Part shown: piece after piece, positions 57,976-64,000 of the stretch
Position numbering within the stretch: position 1 is the first letter of the stretch
Layout: every line of letters begins with the position of its first letter
Source: a virus
Lineage: Duplodnaviria; Heunggongvirae; Uroviricota; Caudoviricetes
Reading direction: 5' to 3' (one strand)
DNA length: 64,000 nucleotides
Virus record (IMG/VR): IMGVR_UViG_3300035188_001315
Notes under the pieces: model-generated
What the model saw: only the letters and a program-made list of their open reading frames with translations
Databases searched by the model: none
What the model was told of the DNA's origin: nothing
Translations under genes and position numbers: made by a program

Positions 57976-58158
57976 ATGACTACATCCAAAACGAATGCTG
58001 AAAATAACTTGTCTGGTTTACGGGTTTTGATACACGACCGGTGCGAATGCTCTGTGCTAACCAAAGAACAAATCGAAGTATCCCCAGGTTACAGTTATTA
58101 TTGCCCACAATGTGATGAGGATCTATTTGCATTCGAAACTCAAACCGTGATAGTTTAA
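57976..58158 (+). CDS. small Cys protein (60 aa)
   Basis: CEC ... CPQC zinc-ribbon-like; promoter TTGACA-17-CATAAT upstream. Confidence 0.4.
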   Translation: MTTSKTNAENNLSGLRVLIHDRCECSVLTKEQIEVSPGYSYYCPQCDEDLFAFETQTVIV

Positions 58159-58239
58159 GCAGAAATAATCGAAAAAACACTTGACAATTACTGTGAGAAC
58201 AGTTACAATAGCTCATACTTAATAAATTGGAGAAGAAAA

Positions 58240-58650
58240 ATGTCAATTGAACAATCATTCTTAAGCAAATTCCCTAACGGCTATTTCTCGGTTTACCAAG
58301 CAGCGTTAGGTAATAATCATAATTTTGTTCGTTTGGGGTTAATCGGTAAAACTGAATTGTGCTCTAATAAAATCCGTGAAAACGATCCAATGCACACAGT
58401 GTTATCTATCCAACAATACGATGACCAAATTACAGTAAATTTAATCTCTGGGGGTTTATCACTTAACCCCGAAAAAGGTTCGTATTATGCTATGAACACA
58501 ATTAAATTACCATTTAGAAAATTCACAGTTAAAAACGAAAAAGAGTTATTAACCAAAATGGACAAATTTTTTGTCAAATTACGTTCGTTTGTTGATGAAC
58601 ACAAAGCAGAAATTTATCGTGTTGAACAGTACCCAGCTGGAATAATTTAA
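58240..58650 (+). CDS. hypothetical protein (136 aa)
   Basis: ORF after cassette copy. Confidence 0.5.
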   Translation: MSIEQSFLSKFPNGYFSVYQAALGNNHNFVRLGLIGKTELCSNKIRENDPMHTVLSIQQYDDQITVNLISGGLSLNPEKGSYYAMNTIKLPFRKFTVKNEKELLTKMDKFFVKLRSFVDEHKAEIYRVEQYPAGII

Positions 58651-58661
58651 GGAGAAAAAAT

Positions 58662-58901
58662 ATGACCACTGTAGCCCAACTAATCGAATACCTACAAACT
58701 CTGCCACAAGACGCAGAAGTTGATGTTCTAAAAGAAGTATCCGCAAATTGGTCAACCTGGACTGAATTTACTTCACTAGAGATTCCCGATAAATACGGTT
58801 GTTCAGATAACCTGGAAGTTTACGATTACCGAGACAACCAGTTTGTAAAAGAAGGTGACCCACGGTTCGGAAAAGTGTACGTATCTTTTGGTGAAAAATA
58901 A
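58662..58901 (+). CDS. hypothetical protein (79 aa)
   Basis: ORF with AGGAGAAAAAAT RBS. Confidence 0.45.
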   Translation: MTTVAQLIEYLQTLPQDAEVDVLKEVSANWSTWTEFTSLEIPDKYGCSDNLEVYDYRDNQFVKEGDPRFGKVYVSFGEK

Positions 58902-58972
58902 ATTTAAAAAACACTTGACATTCTATCAAAAATCAATTACAATAACTCATACTTAATAAATCGGAGAAGAAC

Positions 58973-59128
58973 ATGACTGTTAATGAATTAATCGAAAAAT
59001 TAAACCAAATCGAAAATAAGGATTTAGAAGTGGGCATGGATATTGGGGGTGCTAGTAGAGATATTGGTGAAATAGTAATGCTTGAATGTTCTGATGGTTC
59101 TACCTATGTAGAATTACAAATGGGTTAG
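58973..59128 (+). CDS. hypothetical protein (51 aa)
   Basis: After cassette copy. Truncated paralogue at 54628-54720 (MVVNELIEKLNQ ...). Confidence 0.35.
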   Translation: MTVNELIEKLNQIENKDLEVGMDIGGASRDIGEIVMLECSDGSTYVELQMG

Positions 59129-59160
59129 TTGAAAATTCCAAAAAAGCAGAGATCAATACA

Positions 59161-59301
59161 ATGAATGAAGAAACAATTGAAAAATTAAAAGTGTTAGCAG
59201 AAAGAAATTCATGGGAAGAGGATTTAACCATGAACCCCAATTTTGAGGTAGGCGAATCTTTACTAGCACAAGAAATTCTGTTTAACTTAGGGTTCAACTA
59301 A
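59161..59301 (+). CDS. hypothetical protein (46 aa)
   Basis: Short ORF. Confidence 0.25.
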   Translation: MNEETIEKLKVLAERNSWEEDLTMNPNFEVGESLLAQEILFNLGFN

Positions 59302-59303
59302 TA

Positions 59304-59471
59304 ATGAATAAAAATAGCAGTAGAATTGTTCACAGAGAATCCAACAAAGCAGATCAAAGATTGGGCATTACTTATTATACAGTCTGTGGCAAAACCAACC
59401 CCAATGTTTTAAAAGATTCAGACCCAGCTAAAGTCACCTGCAGACATTGTATGGTTGCACACACAGAATAA
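59304..59471 (+). CDS. small zinc-ribbon-like protein (55 aa)
   Basis: YYTVCGK ... VTCRHC. Confidence 0.3.
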   Translation: MNKNSSRIVHRESNKADQRLGITYYTVCGKTNPNVLKDSDPAKVTCRHCMVAHTE

Positions 59472-59491
59472 CAGAACGGAGAACATACCTA

Positions 59492-59848
59492 ATGACCACT
59501 ACATTCGACACACTTTCAAAAGAGTTAACCGATCCTTCCAAAGCCGAAGAAGCATTGGTTGCTATTATCAATCATTGCACAGAACGTAATCTTTCCTTTA
59601 CACGAATTTTAGAATTGGCAATTGAACGATCAGGGAATAAAGCAATCAAGAGTAACCCCAATGCCACAAACTTATTTAAGCTCGAAGGTGAACATATTGA
59701 AAGTGGCGAACCCTGGCAACCTTATGCTGATAAAATCTATACTACAAAAGAGCTAGCAGAATATCAAATGCAGCGTGAAATAATTGCCTATACCTACAAA
59801 GGTAAATGCGAATACGAATTTAAAATAAAAGAAATAACTATCAAATAA
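59492..59848 (+). CDS. hypothetical protein
   Basis: ORF with cGGAGAacatacctaATG. Confidence 0.45.
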   Translation: MTTTFDTLSKELTDPSKAEEALVAIINHCTERNLSFTRILELAIERSGNKAIKSNPNATNLFKLEGEHIESGEPWQPYADKIYTTKELAEYQMQREIIAYTYKGKCEYEFKIKEITIK

Positions 59849-59923
59849 ACCAAAAATAATGCTTGACATCTCTGAACACACTAAGTATAATTAGCCATAC
59901 TTAATGAAACGGAGATGTCAAAA

Positions 59924-60175
59924 ATGAAAAATGTATTATTGGTTCTGATGTTAATCTTAGCAAGTATGAATACAGTGTCTGCAAAAGGTGTTGCAGGTCA
60001 TGGTGTTGCTCATGCTACTGTTGTAGGTCACAGCACTAGTCATGGTAGTCCAACAAATCACTTTAGTCATGATAACAAGAAAGGTTTAACCAAGCAAGAA
60101 AGTGTTGCGGTGTTTATAACCTTTCTAATCGCCTCAGCATTTGGCATAACTGCCATTCGTTACTCAGACAAATAA
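59924..60175 (+). CDS. His-rich secreted C-terminally anchored mini-protein (family member 3)
   Basis: Signal peptide, core GVAGHGVAHATVVGHSTSHGSPTNHFSHD, C-terminal TM; after cassette promoter at about 59866. Confidence 0.5.
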   Translation: MKNVLLVLMLILASMNTVSAKGVAGHGVAHATVVGHSTSHGSPTNHFSHDNKKGLTKQESVAVFITFLIASAFGITAIRYSDK

Positions 60176-60191
60176 TCAAAAATAAATCGTA

Positions 60192-60216
60192 TAAAGGTGT
60201 TGACATCGACACCTTT
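60192..60216 (+). promoter_or_regulatory. palindromic operator overlapping -35 (copy 1)
   Basis: aaaggtgtTGACAtcgacaccttt, then tgaTACAAT and an 85-bp leader duplicated at 61238-61314. Confidence 0.55.
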
Positions 60217-60277
60217 ATTTGATACAATAGCTCATCAATTTAGAAATCCACTTAATTTAATCAAAAGGAAGGTACTT

Positions 60278-61207
60278 ATGTCAAATGCACAAATTCTCAC
60301 TTTGGTTTCATCAGACAGCCACACTGTTAATTTCACCGTTGGTACAGGTAAAGCGGTTTATTCTCGTACTGTTAATGCCGATGGTATTTTTTCTAAAAAA
60401 GGCTTTAGCTACCAAGTAACCGAAAATGGCATTGAATTGTTAGATGGTGACTATGTGAGCAATTCAGTAACAAGAACAGTGATGCCATTTAAACCCATTC
60501 AATCAGAATTTTCAATTAACCAACGATTCGATTTTTTAAATAAATTTACTAACATGGTATTAGATGGTGAAGTGGCATCCGAAGTTATCACTGGTGAAGG
60601 TGGTCTAGGTAAAACACACACCGTTTTAACTGCCATGACAAAACGGGGTTGGGTAGAAGGAACTCACTATGTCATCATTAAAGGTTTCTCTACACCTAAA
60701 GCACTCTATGCCACTCTCTATGAGAACAATGGTAAAGTAATCATTTTTGATGACTGTGACTCTGTATTGAAAGACCCTATTTCAGTAAACATTTTAAAAG
60801 GGGCATTAGATTCTTACGAAGTGAGAACAATTAGCTGGTTAACAAAAGGGTTTATTGAAGATGAGTACCCAGCATCTTTTGAATTCACTGGTCAAGTCAT
60901 TTTTATTTCAAACATTGGTTCGGATAGATTAGATGGGGCAATTAAATCTCGGTCAATTACAATCGATTTGAGCATGACTATCCAAGATAAAATTGAACGG
61001 ATGCAATTTATTTTACCCGAGATCCTACCTAACTACGCAATGGATGTTAAAGAAGCCGCATTGGAATTTATGGCATTTCATTCAGAAGAAGCAAGAGAAT
61101 TCAATTTGAGAACCTTAATGAAAGTTACGAAAGTGATTAACTCTTATGGATTAGAAAATTCTGACGAATGGTCACCCGCTGCAAAATACCTATTGTTGCA
61201 TGTGTAA
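60278..61207 (+). CDS. AAA-type P-loop ATPase with N-terminal unknown domain
   Basis: Walker A GEGGLGKTH, Walker B VIIFDDCD, downstream Arg-containing SRS block. Confidence 0.6.
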   Translation: MSNAQILTLVSSDSHTVNFTVGTGKAVYSRTVNADGIFSKKGFSYQVTENGIELLDGDYVSNSVTRTVMPFKPIQSEFSINQRFDFLNKFTNMVLDGEVASEVITGEGGLGKTHTVLTAMTKRGWVEGTHYVIIKGFSTPKALYATLYENNGKVIIFDDCDSVLKDPISVNILKGALDSYEVRTISWLTKGFIEDEYPASFEFTGQVIFISNIGSDRLDGAIKSRSITIDLSMTIQDKIERMQFILPEILPNYAMDVKEAALEFMAFHSEEAREFNLRTLMKVTKVINSYGLENSDEWSPAAKYLLLHV

Positions 61208-61237
61208 TTAATCAAAAATAATTGACATAAAGGTGTT

Positions 61238-61262
61238 GACACCAACACCTTTATTTGTTACA
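61238..61262 (+). promoter_or_regulatory. palindromic operator overlapping -35 (copy 2)
   Basis: aaaggtgtTGACAccaacaccttt plus the same leader as copy 1. Confidence 0.55.
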
Positions 61263-61314
61263 ATAGCTCATCAATTTAGAAATCCACTCAATTTAATCAA
61301 AAGGAAGGTACACT

Positions 61315-61503
61315 ATGTCATCAACTACTTTATACGTCGAACCAGCATTTTTTGAAAACTTTGACGGTGAAAAAAGTCCTTTCGACTACACCTTAACAGA
61401 CGTCGAAAAATTGTGTTTTACCTGCCCTTTGTTGGAGTGTAAGGAGAACTCTGTGAAATGCCCGATGAATATCGCACTCGCAGCGATGAAAAAAGGAAAA
61501 TAG
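61315..61503 (+). CDS. small Cys-containing protein (62 aa)
   Basis: CFTCPLLEC ... CPMN; AAGGAAGG RBS. Confidence 0.4.
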   Translation: MSSTTLYVEPAFFENFDGEKSPFDYTLTDVEKLCFTCPLLECKENSVKCPMNIALAAMKKGK

Positions 61504-61538
61504 TTCGCTTAGAGGCGCCTCTTTTCGATGAATTTTTT

Positions 61539-61567
61539 AAAAAACCCGCCCAAAAACGGGTTTTTTT
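61539..61567 (+). terminator. rho-independent terminator
   Basis: cccg-cccaaaaa-cggg followed by T7; ends the plus-strand array. Confidence 0.6.
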
Positions 61568-61892
61568 CCGTAAAAATGCCCACCAAACAAATTATTTACC
61601 GAAAAACGGCATAGCGAATTAAAATTTTTGTATAATAGTGACATGAAACCATTTTTTAAAAATATTCATTTAGTGGGCGAAATTAACCGTACTAGCAACT
61701 GAAAAATTGGGTTAAAAAATCGGTCGCACGGGGAAACGCTATATAAATAAGGGAAAATAGCCGAGTGTCAAAATTTTTTTACCAGATTTCGGGTTTAGAG
61801 ACGGCGGAAAAATTCTCGTTGTGCCATAAGACTTCAACCAAATTTTTTCGTGAAAAGTCCCAAAAATACCTCGAAAAATCATGAAAAGTCCT

Positions 61893-61996
61893 TCTAAAAG
61901 TTCTCCAAATTCATGCTAGTTTTCTTCTAAAAGTTCTCCAAATTCATGCTAGTTTTCTTCTAAAAGTTCTCCAAATTCATGCTAGTTTTCTTCTAA
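61893..61996. repeat. three tandem 34-bp repeats
   Basis: ttctaaaagttctccaaattcatgctagttttct x3 in noncoding DNA. Confidence 0.7.
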
Positions 61997-62059
61997 ATTT
62001 CCCCTAAATCTACTAACAGTTTCACTCTCAATATTCGGATAATTTACATGGTCACATTC

Positions 62060-62400
62060 ATCTCTTTCCCGTTATTTTTATGGTATTCTTCTGTATTTTT
62101 GCAGTCTTCCCAAACTGTTCCAAGCTGTATAATTTTCCAGACAATTTCCCTACCATTTCCCACACCATTCTACCGATAATTTTTCCTCTTTTAATTGCCC
62201 CGAAACAATTCCCCCAAACACTTCCCATTAATTTCGTCAACTTCCCACTTACACACCAAAAAAGCGGATTTATAACTTTTGTCCACTTGCTATATTTTAT
62301 TGGCATTTCCCTCCTTCCACTTTTCACTCAACTGCGGCATCGGATGACATTCCCAAATTTAATTCGCTATATTTTAAAGGAGTTTTAACATCCACAAATC
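62060..62400. other. pyrimidine-rich noncoding tract with about 12 TTCCC(A) motifs
   Basis: Strong C/T strand bias; motifs ttccca, tttccc, cttccc every 10-25 bp. Both predicted ORFs here are low-complexity and overlap each other. Confidence 0.5.
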
Positions 62401-62471
62401 ACTGCTCTACACTACACCATCTGAATTTTTACTACTTTATCATAAATATTTGGTAAAATACTAATAAACTC

Positions 62472-62726
62472 ATGGGGAATTACTTAAAAATGAAAAAAGA
62501 AAAATTTAAATTAACGATTCACACTCTACAACAATCTTACCCAGAACATAAAAAATCAATCACTACCTTAGTAAGATTGATCAGACAGGATTATACAAAG
62601 CATGACAAATACAGTGTCGATATTATCACTACACTTATCGATGTCTTAGCACAAATGATAGAGAATGAACTAACACTGTTAGAAACAAAAAAAGAAATTT
62701 ATTCAAAACTCTATTCTGTGTTATAA
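62472..62726 (+). CDS. hypothetical protein (84 aa)
   Basis: ORF. Confidence 0.4.
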   Translation: MGNYLKMKKEKFKLTIHTLQQSYPEHKKSITTLVRLIRQDYTKHDKYSVDIITTLIDVLAQMIENELTLLETKKEIYSKLYSVL

Positions 62727-62769
62727 TATAATTTTAATTTTTCGCTCTTACTTTAAAGGGATTAAGACC

Positions 62770-63093
62770 ATGATTACTGATAACCATTTAACTCATTTAA
62801 GAACCATTCATTATGATGGAACTAATGTCGAAGAAGTAGTAGATTTTATAGAATCATTCTACGATTTTCATTTTCCCTTTTCAGGAATTAAAATGGTTTC
62901 TTTTACTGAGCAAGGAGATGACATCCACCTTAACTATGAATCTCACTCTAAGGTGGATGAAGACAACAATCTAATAACCTATGTTGTCCCAATGTCATGG
63001 ATTATTATTTCTGATCCTCACAACATCAATGGTATCTCATGTCTACCACATTTTAAATTCTATAACCTAGTTGCTGGTCTAGGAGCAAACTGA
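62770..63093 (+). CDS. hypothetical protein (107 aa)
   Basis: ORF. Confidence 0.45.
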   Translation: MITDNHLTHLRTIHYDGTNVEEVVDFIESFYDFHFPFSGIKMVSFTEQGDDIHLNYESHSKVDEDNNLITYVVPMSWIIISDPHNINGISCLPHFKFYNLVAGLGAN

Positions 63094-63096
63094 AAT

Positions 63097-63324
63097 ATGT
63101 TAGTTGAAAAAGTATTGGAATTTTATAAATATATTGAAAACAATGAATTCAAACTAAAAAAAGGTTATACCTTTTTAATTGATGGGGATTCATTTAGTTA
63201 CTACAGTGATGACAACCAGTCTGTTACCTTCTATGAGTTTGAGTTCAACTACACCATTGAAAAAAGTAAACACTTTGATGTAGAGGTTCAACTACTGTAC
63301 CACAATCGAGTGATTTCTCTTTAA
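63097..63324 (+). CDS. hypothetical protein (75 aa)
   Basis: ORF 3 nt after previous stop. Confidence 0.4.
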   Translation: MLVEKVLEFYKYIENNEFKLKKGYTFLIDGDSFSYYSDDNQSVTFYEFEFNYTIEKSKHFDVEVQLLYHNRVISL

Positions 63325-63344
63325 CTTACTAAGACAAAATCAAA

Positions 63345-63911
63345 ATGCCAAAATTTATAATTTGCAAACATAAAAAATCACAGGTGGTAGATAAATTACG
63401 AAAATTTGGTTATAACTGTGATATGTTAACTACCGATGGATATTATAACCACATGAATTCATCCAATTCAGTTAACACAGAATCCTTCAAAGAATTTATG
63501 CAACATAATGTGGTTGCTGCATTTGATAATAAAATAGTTTTCTTAATTTCTGAAAGTAAATTTCAAACCAATAAATTGTATGATCTTTTCAAATCATCTA
63601 CTCCTGTTACTATCCTCGAAGAAGATGAATTTTTAGAATTACCTCTTAGAGTTACTACGTCTGAACTAAGAGAATCTATTTTTTCATCTGTCAGTGAAGA
63701 AATGAAAGCTAACCTCGAACGTGACTTAAATAAACTAATGAATCTCATCGTAGAGAACCGAGAACAGTTCTCCTTGGTCTACGGTCTCTATGATTTAAGT
63801 TATAACACCACAACCTACCTTATGATGGTGATTACTCAGTTAACGGATTTAGGCTATGGGGTAGAACAGTCTACTCAAGAAAATACCCCTCGGTTAATAA
63901 TCACATGGTAG
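63345..63911 (+). CDS. hypothetical protein (188 aa)
   Basis: ORF. Confidence 0.45.
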   Translation: MPKFIICKHKKSQVVDKLRKFGYNCDMLTTDGYYNHMNSSNSVNTESFKEFMQHNVVAAFDNKIVFLISESKFQTNKLYDLFKSSTPVTILEEDEFLELPLRVTTSELRESIFSSVSEEMKANLERDLNKLMNLIVENREQFSLVYGLYDLSYNTTTYLMMVITQLTDLGYGVEQSTQENTPRLIITW

Positions 63912-64000
63912 TGAACACCATTGAATTTATTGTACTAGTCGCTTATTATTTTGGCATCTTTTACTTTATTGATTACTGTGCCTTAGTCAATCGTGTTAAA

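Noticed and set aside
62058-62388. Overlapping 89-aa (minus) and 102-aa (plus) ORFs
   Set aside because: Fall in a pyrimidine-biased repeat-motif tract; translations are low complexity and mutually overlapping.
1-64000. Integrase, transposase, IS elements, rRNA
   Set aside because: No recombinase motifs, IS inverted repeats or rRNA-like conserved tracts noticed. Mobile-looking features are limited to promoter cassettes and the group I intron.

Overview
AT-rich (about one third GC) window that reads as part of a large tailed bacteriophage of a Gram-negative host. Evidence: dense small genes; dozens of consensus sigma70 promoters (TTGACA-17-TATAAT) with GGAG RBSs; lipobox lipoproteins; many rho-independent terminators. 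The left third (1-23 kb) is mostly minus strand. It holds an operon ending in a pmoC/amoC-family gene (particulate methane/ammonia monooxygenase subunit C). That gene follows a complete two-component system (PAS histidine kinase plus single-domain receiver) and a T1SS-signal Ig-repeat protein. Also here: a tRNA cluster of about 12 genes with duplicated and decayed copies. One tRNA-Arg(UCU) is interrupted by a 208-nt Azoarcus-like group I intron. A Braun-lipoprotein (Lpp)-like gene sits inside the tRNA cluster. Four tandem 72-bp promoter repeats lie upstream of the tRNA operon. An HD/P-loop-kinase protein and a PD-(D/E)xK-like protein are present. A plasmid-like replication module has 3 x ~90-bp repeats plus four 18-bp iterons at ~31-bp spacing and an inverted copy directly upstream of a Rep-like gene. 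A C-terminal beta-helix HxH spike-like protein is also encoded. From 23.3 to 61.5 kb about 100 small plus-strand genes form a host-takeover-like array, driven by near-identical promoter/leader cassettes. It contains a sirtuin, a TraR/DksA zinc finger, RNA-ligase-like proteins (KxDG; Rnl2-like KIHGTN), a calcineurin-like phosphoesterase and an SPFH lipoprotein. It also contains paralogue families, including three His-rich secreted C-anchored mini-proteins and 28-aa TM peptides, plus frameshifted pseudogenes. A GC-rich structured leader RNA and an AAA ATPase under duplicated palindromic operators are present. The right end has a ~900-bp noncoding zone with tandem repeats and a TTCCC motif array. 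No integrase, transposase, CRISPR or rRNA was seen.
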